Part shown: piece by piece, positions 20,599 to 29,504 of the stretch | How the letters are laid out: every line of letters starts with the position of its first letter | How positions within the stretch are numbered: position 1 is the first letter of the stretch | IMG/VR virus record: IMGVR_UViG_3300045988_101018 | Coordinates: 32,001-96,000 of that record | Strand: one strand, 5' to 3' | Origin: a virus | DNA length: 64,000 nucleotides | The notes under the pieces: generated by a model | What the model was told of the DNA's origin: nothing | Databases searched by the model: none | The model's input: the letters and a program-made list of their open reading frames with translations, nothing else | Made by a program: the position numbers and the translations under genes

Positions 20599-21972
20599 AT
20601 GGCTGAAAAGAAGTATATTGATCTAACTGGTCTTACTCATTATGACGAGAAGATTAAGGCTGTAATTGATTCTAAGGATGCCGCCGCCCTTAAGTCGGCT
20701 AAGGACTACGCAGATAGTCTTGCTGGAAATTATGATGCCGCTGGCACTGCCGAGACTAAGGTTCAGGAGCTTGCCAATGGTCAGGTGAAGACCAATACCG
20801 CTGCTATCTCTAAGCTCAATGGCGATGCTAAGACCGAGGGTTCTGTCGCTAAGGCTGTTGCCGATGCTCAGGCTGGTCTTGAGACTAAGATTTCTGCTGC
20901 TGATGCTAAGGCCGCTGCTGCTCAGACTGCTGCCGATAACCTTAAGACCTATGTTGGCACTATCCCCGAAGGTGCAACTTCCACTGATGTTGTGTCTTAC
21001 GTAAACGAGAAGACCGCAGGTATTGCAACCGATGCTTCTCTTTCCGCTCTTACAAAGCGTGTAGGCACCGCCGAGGGTAAGATTACTGCTGCCGAGGGCA
21101 ACATCACCAACCTTTCTGGTCGCGCTGATGCCGTTGAGGGCAAGGTTACTACGCTTATCGGCGAGGATACTGGTAAGTCTGCTCGTACAATTGCCAACGA
21201 GGAGCTTACTAAGCAGCTCATTCCTGAAAATGCTAAGGATAGTCTTAACACGCTTCAGGAAATTGCTGCTTGGATTCAGAATCACCCAGACGATGCTTCT
21301 GCAATGAATGCAGTTATCTCTGCTCTTAAGACTAAGGTTGGCGATATTCCCGAGGGTGCCACCGCTACTACTATTGTAGCCTATATCAAGGAGCTTGTTG
21401 ACGCTGAAAAGACTCGCGCTACTGGTGTCGAGGGCGGTCTTGATACGAGGGTTAAGGCTGTCGAAGCCAAACTTGGCGATGGCGATGGTTCTGTCGCAAA
21501 GCAGATTGAAGCCGCCGTTAAGGTCGAGACTGACGCTCGTGTTGCCGCAGACGGCGCTCTCGATGGTAAGATTACCACCGCTCAGGGTGCTGCTGATAAG
21601 GCTCAGGGCGATGTAGATGCGCTTAAGGATGTTGTGGCTTCTAAGGCTGCTGCTTCTGATGTTACCGCTCTAACTACTCGTGTGACTGCTGCCGAGAAGG
21701 ATATCGATGACCTTCAGGCTGCTATCGCGGCTGACGGCAAAGTTACCGCCGCAATCGCCGATGCTAAGAAGGCTGGTACTGACGCTCAGGCAACTGCTGA
21801 TAAGAACAAGACTGACATTGCCACTCTTACCACGACTGTTGGTGGTCATACTACTACCCTAAGTTCTCAGGGCGATCGCATCTCTGCCCTTGAGACTAAG
21901 GTTGGCGATGGTTTTGTAGCCATTACAAATGAAGAGATTGACAATCTTTTTGCAGCCAAGCCAGCTGTATAA
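20599..21972 (+). CDS. Ala-rich coiled-coil fibre-like protein
   Basis: 457 aa, about 25% Ala, with repeated TKVGDIPEGAT / TRVTAAE heptad-like units. RBS taggagg upstream. Overlapping minus-strand ORFs are GC-skew artefacts. Confidence 0.5.
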   Translation: MAEKKYIDLTGLTHYDEKIKAVIDSKDAAALKSAKDYADSLAGNYDAAGTAETKVQELANGQVKTNTAAISKLNGDAKTEGSVAKAVADAQAGLETKISAADAKAAAAQTAADNLKTYVGTIPEGATSTDVVSYVNEKTAGIATDASLSALTKRVGTAEGKITAAEGNITNLSGRADAVEGKVTTLIGEDTGKSARTIANEELTKQLIPENAKDSLNTLQEIAAWIQNHPDDASAMNAVISALKTKVGDIPEGATATTIVAYIKELVDAEKTRATGVEGGLDTRVKAVEAKLGDGDGSVAKQIEAAVKVETDARVAADGALDGKITTAQGAADKAQGDVDALKDVVASKAAASDVTALTTRVTAAEKDIDDLQAAIAADGKVTAAIADAKKAGTDAQATADKNKTDIATLTTTVGGHTTTLSSQGDRISALETKVGDGFVAITNEEIDNLFAAKPAV

Positions 21973-22054
21973 TATAACGACAATAGAATAAGAGTTTTAA
22001 GCGGGGAGGAAGAGGTGTATACACCTCTTCCCCACCCTTCTACCCTGCCGTTTA

Positions 22055-22100
22055 CCCTACAATTGTCAGAATAATAACAATTGTAGGGTAATTATTTTTT
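22055..22100 (+). terminator. rho-independent terminator (second of two hairpins after the coiled-coil gene)
   Basis: ccctacaattgt - loop - acaattgtaggg followed by taattatttttt. It is preceded by a 14-bp GC-rich palindrome at 22004-22034. Confidence 0.55.
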
Positions 22101-22196
22101 ATAAAAATTATTTCTCAACGTCTCTGTTTTTTATTAATAGATATCTAATGGAAAATAAAGACGTTGAGAAATCAACATATTGAAAGGAGTGGTCGC

Positions 22197-23279
22197 ATGG
22201 CAGAAACAAAGTTTCTTGACAGCATCGGCTTAACTTATCTACTTGAGAAGATAAACGCGAAGTTTTCAAAGATAGGTCATAAACATACCAAGGCGGACAT
22301 TACTGACTTCGCACATGACCACGATGGGAGATATTATACCGAAACCGAAATCGACACAAAGGTTTCCGCGCTAAACTCTGCGATTTCTGGTAAGGCCAAT
22401 TCTTCTCATAAACACGCTGCTGCTGATATTACGTCTGTGAATGCTTCTGCCATTACAGGTAGAATTGCTGCTGCTAATTTACCTAGTTACGTAGATGATG
22501 TGCTTGAGTATGCTGGAACATCTAAATTCCCTTCAACTGGTGAAGCTGGTAAGATTTATACTGATACAACGACAAACAAGATTTACCGCTGGGGCGGATC
22601 GTCTTATGTAGTTATTTCAGACACTATTGCCTTGGGTGAAACCAACTCTACCGCCTACCGTGGCGATAGAGGTAAAACTGCTTATAATCATTCGCAGATT
22701 ACAAGCGGAAACCCACATAAGGTAACTAAGTCCGATGTTGGTCTTGGCAGTGTTGACAATACTTCTGACGCAAATAAAAGTGTTAAGTACGCCAAAAGTG
22801 CAACGGCTAACAACCCGATAAAAACAACAGGTACGGGCGCTGCATATGCGGCAATTGTTGATGGCATTACGGCTCTTACTATTGGTGTTAAATTTACTAT
22901 GGTGCCACATGTTACTAGTACCACTAGGGCACCAACTCTTAATGTGAACAGTCTTGGTGCTAAAAGCATTAGAATGAGACTAACAAGCTCTACTACGGCT
23001 ACAATTCAGCTTACAAGTGCTAGTTTCTTAACCGCCAATAAGCCCGTAAATGTTATGTATGACGGGACTTATTGGGTAATTGATGACTTTGCACAGCCTG
23101 ACGTAAACAGTCTATATGGCACTGTGCCGATAGAAAAGGTTCAAGCTCATATTGCAAACACTACAATTCACATCACTGCCGCTGAGCGTGCTAAGTGGAA
23201 TGCCAAAGCAGATATTACCATTGGCACTGCTGAACCAACTTCAAGTACGTCTGGAATTTTTTATATTCAGACAAATTAA
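22197..23279 (+). CDS. tail fibre protein with H-x-H His-box motifs (paralogue of 32524..33345)
   Basis: ATG after aaaggag. Motifs GHKHTKADITDFAHDHDG and SSHKHAAADITS. About 110 aa (VMVPHVTSTTRAPTLNVNSLGAKSIR...YDGTYWVIDD...LYGTVP) are shared with 32524..33345. Confidence 0.5.
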   Translation: MAETKFLDSIGLTYLLEKINAKFSKIGHKHTKADITDFAHDHDGRYYTETEIDTKVSALNSAISGKANSSHKHAAADITSVNASAITGRIAAANLPSYVDDVLEYAGTSKFPSTGEAGKIYTDTTTNKIYRWGGSSYVVISDTIALGETNSTAYRGDRGKTAYNHSQITSGNPHKVTKSDVGLGSVDNTSDANKSVKYAKSATANNPIKTTGTGAAYAAIVDGITALTIGVKFTMVPHVTSTTRAPTLNVNSLGAKSIRMRLTSSTTATIQLTSASFLTANKPVNVMYDGTYWVIDDFAQPDVNSLYGTVPIEKVQAHIANTTIHITAAERAKWNAKADITIGTAEPTSSTSGIFYIQTN

Positions 23280-23344
23280 TAGACGTTATTCTGCTATAAT
23301 ATAGCAAAGTAAAAGTTCTTTTATTTAAGAGGAGGTGTAGAATT

Positions 23345-23773
23345 ATGAAGATGTATTTAGGAGATGTACCAGTCAAGGCATTATATACGCATACCGATAC
23401 TGATGAGGGCGACATTACTGCGCCAGATATGCAATCTGGCATGATTGCTTTTGCCAAAGGTGTAAAATTGACTGGCACTGGAAAGGCGTTTGCCTTTGTT
23501 TCTTATGGACAAATGTCAACAAATAAAGCTTGGCCTGTTCCATCTATTATCAATATTATTGAAGTGTCTTCATTGACGTATCCTGTAAAAACGAATATAG
23601 CACTAAGTTCTATGAAAAACACAAATTTTTCTACAATCCAAAAAATTGGGGCTGTTACTATTAACGGAACAGCGTATGACATCACAGCGCAAGTTTCCAA
23701 TAATATGCTAACAGTAGGATGTTCTAAGGATATAGGTCTTGAAGTATTCTGCGGAAGGGATGAACACGTATGA
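23345..23773 (+). CDS. hypothetical protein
   Basis: RBS aagaggaggt upstream. 142 aa. Confidence 0.45.
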   Translation: MKMYLGDVPVKALYTHTDTDEGDITAPDMQSGMIAFAKGVKLTGTGKAFAFVSYGQMSTNKAWPVPSIINIIEVSSLTYPVKTNIALSSMKNTNFSTIQKIGAVTINGTAYDITAQVSNNMLTVGCSKDIGLEVFCGRDEHV

Positions 23774-23979
23774 GTGTAAAAAGACTACAGTATAATTATG
23801 CACAGATTGAACTTGACACTGGTTTGTGCGTTGGTTGCATGACTTGTTCTTATGAGATTACTATGGAAGGCTTTATTGCCGTTCCTAGTGCAAGTAATGA
23901 TTATGTTGGTAAGTATTATCATGATGGATCTTGGTACGAGGATGCAGAATTCACTATTCCTTGGACTTTTGAAGGTTAA
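23770..23979 (+). CDS. hypothetical small Cys-containing protein
   Basis: ATGA overlap with the upstream gene. Motif C-V-G-C-M-T-C. Confidence 0.35.
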   Translation: MSVKRLQYNYAQIELDTGLCVGCMTCSYEITMEGFIAVPSASNDYVGKYYHDGSWYEDAEFTIPWTFEG

Positions 23980-24005
23980 TTAAAAACTAAATACATAACC
24001 TTATT

Positions 24006-24046
24006 AGGGGTGTGAGTATTTCGCTTACGCCCCTTTTTATTTTTTA
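24006..24046 (+). terminator. rho-independent terminator
   Basis: ggggtgtgag...cttacgcccc imperfect stem followed by tttttatttttt. Confidence 0.5.
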
Positions 24047-24078
24047 TTATATAAAAATAAAAATTTGGAGGTGATTAT

Positions 24079-24177
24079 ATGGCATTACCATACGTAAGCG
24101 TGTCAGCAAGCAGCTCTGGCAATAGATATATCACTGTGACTGGTAGGATGAACTGGTTCTTCAGCAGAATAAAATGA
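24079..24177 (+). CDS. small ORF (32 aa) with a strong RBS
   Basis: ggaggtgattat then ATG. Too short to assess. Confidence 0.2.
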   Translation: MALPYVSVSASSSGNRYITVTGRMNWFFSRIK

Positions 24178-24256
24178 TAATTTTAAATAACAATTGAATA
24201 ATACGTGTACTGGGCATAGTGGGTTATTTATATTCTCCATGCCTTTGTTATCGAAC

Positions 24257-24270
24257 AAAAAAAAAAAAAA
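24257..24270. repeat. homopolymeric A14 tract upstream of the Listeria-Bacteroides repeat gene
   Basis: Fourteen consecutive A at 24257-24270, directly followed by TGA and then the TTG start at 24289. ORF 24194..24382 reads through the tract in a different frame. Confidence 0.8.
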
Positions 24271-24288
24271 TGAAAGGCGGTTGGTAAA

Positions 24289-25248
24289 TTGGCGAGTAAT
24301 AGCAATACTAAAAATAGCGGCAAGGGCGGCGTTACAACTGCGGTCAGCGCATGGTATGATAGCGAAACTGGGAATACAGTAAGACTTTGCATAAGTACGA
24401 GCGTTAAGGGAAGCTCTAATGGCCCGTGGGGCTATGGCGTAGTCGGGCAGTCTGGCTACGAAGGGAATGGAGCAAACTGGAAAGAGGTCGGTCGCGGAGT
24501 TTTTAACTATGCCAACACTGTCGTTAATGGTACAGCATATTTTACAGTCGGAAAAACCCATAGCGGATGGACTGCGAGCTGTTGGGCAAAGTCGTGGGGC
24601 GAAGCGGCTGGTGGATATGGCGCATACATTGCCAGCGATGATGTTCGCTGTAACGTATGGATCCCAGCAACGTCTAGATACACTCTTTCCTATAATGCCA
24701 ACGGTGGCTCGGGCGCTCCTTCGAGCCAAACAAAATGGCATGGCGAAACATTAACGCTCTCCTCTGCTAAGCCAACAAGAGACGGATATGAATTTGCTGG
24801 TTGGGGTACGTCTGCCACTGATACTGGCGTTAAATATGCTGCTGGCGGACAATATACAGGAAATGCAAGCATCACACTGTATGCTATCTGGACTAACGCT
24901 GCAAAGATGACTCTTGCATATAATGCCAACGGTGGCTCGGGCGCTCCTTCGAGCCAAACACATTTGATAAATACAACCTCTAAAATATCTGGTGCTAAGC
25001 CCACTAGAGACAAGTATGTGTTTTTAGGGTGGTCTACGAGCAGTTCTGCCACAAGTGCAACATATATCGCAGACGGGCAGTACACAAACAACAATTTTAC
25101 CAATGGCGCAACCGTCACGTTGTACGCTGTGTGGCTGAAGAAGAGTCCGAGTATATATATAAATTCATCAGAACATAGTTTCAAATCGGTTTGGGTAAAT
25201 GTGCCTTCTGGCAAGAGCCTTAAATCAATCTGGTTCAAGACTGGTTAG
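24289..25248 (+). CDS. Listeria-Bacteroides (Flg_new-type) repeat-containing surface-binding protein
   Basis: Two copies of Y-N-A-N-G-G-S-G-A-P-S-S-Q-T...A-K-P-T-R-D-G-Y-x-F-x-G-W-x-T-S...Y...T-L-Y-A-(I/V)-W, matching the Flg_new/List-Bact repeat consensus. Confidence 0.55.
   Translation: MASNSNTKNSGKGGVTTAVSAWYDSETGNTVRLCISTSVKGSSNGPWGYGVVGQSGYEGNGANWKEVGRGVFNYANTVVNGTAYFTVGKTHSGWTASCWAKSWGEAAGGYGAYIASDDVRCNVWIPATSRYTLSYNANGGSGAPSSQTKWHGETLTLSSAKPTRDGYEFAGWGTSATDTGVKYAAGGQYTGNASITLYAIWTNAAKMTLAYNANGGSGAPSSQTHLINTTSKISGAKPTRDKYVFLGWSTSSSATSATYIADGQYTNNNFTNGATVTLYAVWLKKSPSIYINSSEHSFKSVWVNVPSGKSLKSIWFKTG
24691..24960 (+). repeat. two identical 42-bp direct repeats (24691-24732 and 24919-24960) encoding the Flg_new repeat core
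   Basis: tataatgccaacggtggctcgggcgctccttcgagccaaaca occurs twice verbatim. Confidence 0.7.
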
Positions 25249-25267
25249 TTGATGGGAGGTAATTGAG

Positions 25268-25627
25268 TTGGCTGACGAAGTTGAATTAAGTGAAGTTGAT
25301 TACAAGCTTAAATATACAGGCGAGGAAGTCGATAGTCTCCTTGCGTTTATAAAAGATTTTAAAAATATCTACAACAAGATGAAGCGCGTTCAGGCTGGAT
25401 GTGAAGCTATCTCTACGACTACGGCTGGTGCAGATGTGATTAAGGTTATAGATTTCAGTGTTGCCTTTAACGGTGTGCCGAATGTTATGCTCATACCTAC
25501 TTTTCTAAATGATAAAACGGCTAAGGCAAAAGTTCTTAATATCACGTCTTCTAATTTCAAGGTTCAGGTAGTAGGAAATGATAACGATGCCACAACCAAC
25601 TTGTATTGGATAGCTACTGAACAGTAA
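25268..25627 (+). CDS. hypothetical protein
   Basis: TTG start after gggagg. 119 aa. Confidence 0.4.
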   Translation: MADEVELSEVDYKLKYTGEEVDSLLAFIKDFKNIYNKMKRVQAGCEAISTTTAGADVIKVIDFSVAFNGVPNVMLIPTFLNDKTAKAKVLNITSSNFKVQVVGNDNDATTNLYWIATEQ

Positions 25628-25674
25628 ATCTTGTTTGATTATATATCAAAGTTTGAATGAAAGGAAGTAAAAAT

Positions 25675-26118
25675 ATGAGTTGGGTTAATCTTAATGATGT
25701 TTATGTAAATCAGACTGGCGGAACTATTGCTGGCGATCTATCTGTAAACGGCGCTTTGACGGTAAATGATGGCAAGGGAACGAACACCACATACAATGTT
25801 GCCAATGAAATTACAACGTTGCGGGATTCCGTATCCCAATGTAAACCGCAATATAAAATTTATGCTGGGTCGAGGGTAATAAACATCACACAATCTTGGG
25901 GTACGCTATTTACAAAAGACGAATTTATATCCTCTTTTGGACGCGAATTTAATAATTCAAGAGACAGCATATCAGTTATGAATGGAGATGCGAAAGCCAA
26001 CAATATTACCGTTTTTGGTGTTTCGTATTATCCACAAGACGGCAAGTTGCTTGTTGCATTATCGGCGAACGGCGGCGGTGCTTTTAGGATCAATTATATC
26101 GTAGTTCTTGCTGAGTAG
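25675..26118 (+). CDS. shufflon expression locus: 56-aa constant N-terminus, then site-encoded D-S-V-S-Q, then the currently fused C-terminal cassette (cassette 0)
   Basis: ATG after aaaggaag. An in-frame copy of the 13-bp site in reverse orientation (gggattccgtatcccaa, 25823-25839) encodes D-S-V-S-Q. This is the only copy preceded by an RBS, a start codon and an N-terminal domain. The N-terminus carries a GGTIAGDLSVNGALTV beta-strand-like motif. Confidence 0.6.
   Translation: MSWVNLNDVYVNQTGGTIAGDLSVNGALTVNDGKGTNTTYNVANEITTLRDSVSQCKPQYKIYAGSRVINITQSWGTLFTKDEFISSFGREFNNSRDSISVMNGDAKANNITVFGVSYYPQDGKLLVALSANGGGAFRINYIVVLAE
25823..25839 (-). repeat. recombination site R0 (reverse orientation) inside the expressed gene
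   Basis: Its reverse complement, ttgggatacggaatccc, matches the core of R1-R8. Confidence 0.75.
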
Positions 26119-26152
26119 ACGTTATTGGCATACGCATATAAGAAATCATGCG

Positions 26153-26488
26153 CTAGTTGATATACCATGAACAAATACCCCTGTTAATAGCACCAGATAT
26201 CGAAGCAGCAACTTGAAACCCAATTGCTCCGTTTGGATGGACATAGCCATATGCGCATACGTTGAGTATGTAGCCATTGGCATTTGTCACACATGATGGC
26301 GAATAAATTGTATGGTCTGGTCGAAGATTTTCTGGAATGACATGTTCTATTCCCCAATACTCATTTGTTGATTGAGAAACAGTCCATACGAGTATACACG
26401 TGTATCCAACACGCCGAATATGAACGTATGAGGAACTACCCGGCGCTCCGTATAGCACAAGCGTATCGTCTTGGGATACGGAATGCTA
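26153..26488 (-). other. silent C-terminal cassette A (starts at the R1 forward arm with H-S-V-S-Q, ~105 codons)
   Basis: The minus-strand frame opens at the TAG inside R1 and reads CAT-TCC-GTA-TCC-CAA before the unique sequence. No RBS or ATG. Converges on the expressed gene, 35 bp apart. Confidence 0.6.
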
Positions 26489-26508
26489 AGTATGGGTTTC
26501 CGTATCCC
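26471..26508. repeat. site R1, a palindromic double site (forward arm 26471-26488 ttgggatacggaatgcta; reverse arm 26498-26508 ttccgtatccc)
   Basis: Seen directly. Cassettes diverge from the two arms. Confidence 0.75.
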
Positions 26509-26843
26509 TGACAAAAGACACATGCAAAGGAGCCAACGGCTGGGTTGTACAAACTGGCGCAATTACACGTACAGAAAATTGTGTAACCATGTGGGTAGAT
26601 GTTGTTGCTGGAAATAGCGCGAATAAGAATGTAAATACAACGTTTGCGACAATGCCGTCTGCTTTCGCGCCTAGCACATATAATATTGAACTTCCAGTAT
26701 TAGGGTTCACTACAACGTCTTATCCAATTAGCTTTTGGATAATAATCACTACAAGTGGAGAAATCAAAATTAAGCAATATGTACTACCGTCTAACACAGT
26801 TCTAGGCCAAATTAAATGTTGTTGTACGTATTTAAAAATTTAA
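26498..26843 (+). other. silent cassette B (plus strand, starts at the R1 reverse arm with V-S-V-S-L)
   Basis: The frame opens after the TAA inside R1 (gctaag) and reads GTT-TCC-GTA-TCC-CTG. It contains track ORF 26589..26843 and ends with TAA immediately before R1b. Confidence 0.55.
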
Positions 26844-26860
26844 TAGCATTCCGTATCTCA
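26844..26860 (-). repeat. site R1b (reverse orientation, 1 mismatch: tagcattccgtatctca)
   Basis: Seen directly. Confidence 0.7.
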
Positions 26861-27221
26861 GATTAAATTATTGTGGAGCGGGTCTGTGTACGGCGGCGGT
26901 TCATTTGTCGTACCAGAGCTAAAAGAATATACATTTGTAGAAGTGGTTACTTCAAATGCTGATGAAAATCATTGGGGCGTATTATGTTTTAATGACATGA
27001 ATGCATTAAAATCTACCGATGATGCATATGGCATGTGGGTATACGCAGATATACACGCTGGCTTGGATTACATAGTATCAATAAAATCAAAATTGGAAAT
27101 ACAGAAAGACTTAAAGACTGTGAAATTCACAGCTGGATATGCATTTAACGTAATGAAAGAAAACACCGTTATTACTTCAACGCAAAAACTTCGTATCGTT
27201 GCTGTGTATGGCGTTAGATAG
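26844..27221 (+). other. silent cassette B' (plus strand, starts at R1b with H-S-V-S-Q-I-K-L-L-W-S-G)
   Basis: TAG-CAT-TCC-GTA-TCT-CAG then an open frame that includes track ORF 26871..27221. Confidence 0.6.
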
Positions 27222-27227
27222 GCTGTA

Positions 27228-27581
27228 TTATAGATACAACATTCCAGATATCTTACGCACTCCATATGCATACATGCCGTTATAGTATGATGCATTTAAA
27301 GTCAGTTTTCCATCTGGGTCAAGCTCAACAAATACTGAAAATTGCGCAGAAAAATCTGCAACTCCTACAAAATATACATTTGTTTTTGGTCTATATTTTG
27401 ATGGCAATGATATGGACACTGACTTATATCCATTTCCACTTGCAGACATAAAGCCAGAAACCCTGTCACATATAACCTTTATCGCGTTTTGACTTGGAAT
27501 ATACACGACATTTATATCAAATGTTGCACCAACAAGGTCAACGCTATAGTCGCCAATTTTCTCTTGGGATACGGAATGCTA
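27228..27581 (-). other. silent cassette C (minus strand from R2, H-S-V-S-Q-E-K-I-G-D)
   Basis: Extends track ORF 27228..27506 up to R2. Converges on B', 6 bp apart. Confidence 0.6.
27564..27581 (+). repeat. site R2 (ttgggatacggaatgcta)
   Basis: Seen directly. Its last 3 nt (cta, read as TAG on the minus strand) form the stop codon of cassette D0. Confidence 0.75.
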
Positions 27582-27905
27582 TTTTAACTTTCCTATAACA
27601 GTTTCCTGTACGTACATTCCTACATTAGACATAGATGTTGCAGATGAAAGATAGCATCTAACGTCTGTTACATTCTTAATTTCGACATAATGTCCAATCC
27701 ATAATCCATTTCCAGTGACGGGATTAACATCTGCATATAAGATAGAGTCGTATATATCAGGGGCGTTAAACGCATAAGAACAAAAGTACAATGAACCAAA
27801 TAGAGCTGTTGCAGAAATGGTTTTATGAACTTTTCTTGTTGACAGAGCATAGCCTATTCCAAAATTAAAAATAGTCCAATCTCCATTTTGGGATACGGAA
27901 TACTA
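27579..27905 (-). other. silent cassette D0 (minus strand from R3, Y-S-V-S-Q-N-G-D-W)
   Basis: Extends track ORF 27579..27791. The stop codon lies inside R2. Confidence 0.6.
27888..27905 (+). repeat. site R3 (ttgggatacggaatacta)
   Basis: Seen directly. Confidence 0.75.
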
Positions 27906-27910
27906 GGTTA

Positions 27911-28161
27911 TTAAACTTCAATATAATAAACGATAACATTTATTTTTCTATTTGAATATTTCCCTGCGCTGCCGTCCCATGCCATAAGACGAACTGTTCT
28001 ACCCTGTTGTGCGTCAGTTCCCGTATGAAACGCATATCTCGCATCGTACATCCCACCAATTCCTATTGGAATCTGCCTTGCGTTAAGTCCCGTTTCGAAA
28101 TATCCATTAGGGTCTGTAGTTGTATCTATTTGTTTTGTTTTTATAATATGGGATACGGAAT
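27911..28161 (-). other. silent cassette D (minus strand from the R4 forward arm, N-S-V-S-H-I-I-K-T-K)
   Basis: Open frame of about 83 codons ending with TAA at 27911-27913. Not in the ORF track because it has no M. Confidence 0.5.
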
Positions 28162-28187
28162 TCCCATGTTTAGTATTCCGTATCCCA
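28149..28187. repeat. site R4, a palindromic double site (tgggatacggaat - tcccatgtttagt - attccgtatccca)
   Basis: Seen directly. Nearly identical to R6. Confidence 0.75.
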
Positions 28188-28527
28188 AATCAGTAATAGA
28201 GTATTGCTTTGGAGTGGAACGGCTGGCAAAGGTGTGAAAATTACGATTGACAGCGACTATTCATTTAAAGAATTCAAATCATTTTATTGCCTTACAAGTA
28301 TCGATAAAACAATCGGATTGCCGCTTGTAAGAAACTCTGGAATACAACAAGACCAGCATTTACACGGCATTACTGGATGGGATGATGGTAATACAACATA
28401 TACGCTTGTTGGGCTAATTAGAATAAATACAGAGACAACTGCGACCATTACGTCTATATCAAAACACGATATAAGTGGCAATGGTGGAATTGCTGGCAGC
28501 TTACTTAAACTATGGGGATGTTACTAA
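28175..28527 (+). other. silent cassette E (plus strand from the R4 reverse arm, S-V-S-Q-I-S-N-R-V-L-L-W-S-G)
   Basis: Extends track ORF 28204..28527. Shares the LLWSG motif with B'. Confidence 0.6.
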
Positions 28528-28530
28528 TCG

Positions 28531-28881
28531 TTACTTCCACATGCCTTTGACGTTATATTCTATAAATGCCACTGTAGTAGTATTGTTATATTTTATATCT
28601 TGGTTTAACACATATACTCCAGTGTCTACTAGCCCAATAGAAGCTCCTGTACCAGATAATACGTAAACGCCCTTTTGTCCAGAGCTATATATTGCAGAAG
28701 CGCCCTTATACAATAAACTAGTTAAAGGAAATGGAAAATCAACAGCGGGTGCAGTAACACTACCAATCCCTTTTATTTCTTTTCCTCCCCAAAATTCTGC
28801 AAGACCGCTATTCCATTTGCGATAAAACCAGATTCCAGATGTTCCCTGTGCGACAATATAGTCGTGGGATACGGAATGCTA
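28531..28881 (-). other. silent cassette F (minus strand from R5, H-S-V-S-H-D-Y-I-V)
   Basis: Extends track ORF 28531..28713 to R5. Converges on E, 3 bp apart. Confidence 0.6.
28865..28881 (+). repeat. site R5 (tgggatacggaatgcta)
   Basis: Seen directly. Its last 3 nt provide the stop codon of cassette G. Confidence 0.75.
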
Positions 28882-29144
28882 TAACGGTATAGCAATCCAA
28901 TTTATAGTACATTGTATGTGTTGATATTCTTGGTGACTATTCCAAACGTCCATAGTAAACCCAGTTGATGTTTTGTTATACACCATTTCCGTAACAGAAG
29001 GCCATCCCCATGTTTCAATTTTTGGAAACTGAAGAGATGTGATAACAACATAATCTGTTTCGATTGGTGTATTAAATTTAACCTGAACAACGTTATCATT
29101 TATGTTTGTTGTCATGGTAACAACACCTCTTTGGGATACGGAAT
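28879..29144 (-). other. silent cassette G (minus strand from the R6 forward arm, Y-S-V-S-Q-R-G-V-V-T)
   Basis: Contains track ORF 28879..29115. The stop codon is the TAG inside R5. Confidence 0.6.
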
Positions 29145-29170
29145 ACCCATGTTTAGTATTCCGTATCCCA
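29131..29170. repeat. site R6, a palindromic double site (ttgggatacggaat - acccatgtttagt - attccgtatccca)
   Basis: Seen directly. Confidence 0.75.
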
Positions 29171-29501
29171 GAGCGAATGGAAAGTCCTCAAGGGCAACAT
29201 CGGCTCCAACCATCTGGCGTACAAAATCTGCAATGGCATCTGCTATCTGAGCATCGATTGCGGCGGAGACTGGAGCATCAAGGCCAACGCGAAGTCCACT
29301 GTTGACATCATTACCATGCCAGACGAAGCATTGCCATCCACGTGGATTGTTTCAGCTGCTTGTTACCCAAAGGGCGGCAATTCAGACTTCGTTTGCGGTG
29401 TGACATTAAACAGGAAGACTAAGAAGCTATCCGTATGCAACTACTCGAACACGGCAACCAACTACTATTCCGTCACTTTCTGCTATCCAGTCAAAAATTA
29501 G
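29158..29501 (+). other. silent cassette H (plus strand from the R6 reverse arm, S-V-S-Q-S-E-W-K-V)
   Basis: Extends track ORF 29316..29501. Confidence 0.55.
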
Positions 29502-29504
29502 CAG

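Noticed and set aside
20623-21616. Minus-strand and alternative-frame ORFs 20623..21285, 20819..21004, 20997..21251, 21381..21578 and 21395..21616 inside the Ala-rich gene.
   Set aside because: GC-rich Ala-codon repeats (GCT/GCC) generate long open antisense frames. No independent signals support them.
24103-25238. Minus-strand ORFs 24103..24741, 24690..25238 and 24751..24963 opposite the Listeria-Bacteroides repeat gene.
   Set aside because: The plus-strand frame carries the recognisable Flg_new repeat twice. The antisense frames simply mirror the duplicated 42-bp DNA repeat (both contain the same WLEGAPEPPLAL translation).
26347-28237. Track ORFs 26347..26562 (-) and 28007..28237 (+), which read straight through sites R1 and R4 as ...S-I-P-Y-P-K...
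   Set aside because: They use a different frame of the repeat, overlap the better-supported cassette frames, and have no RBS. They are most likely by-products of the conserved site in an alternative frame.
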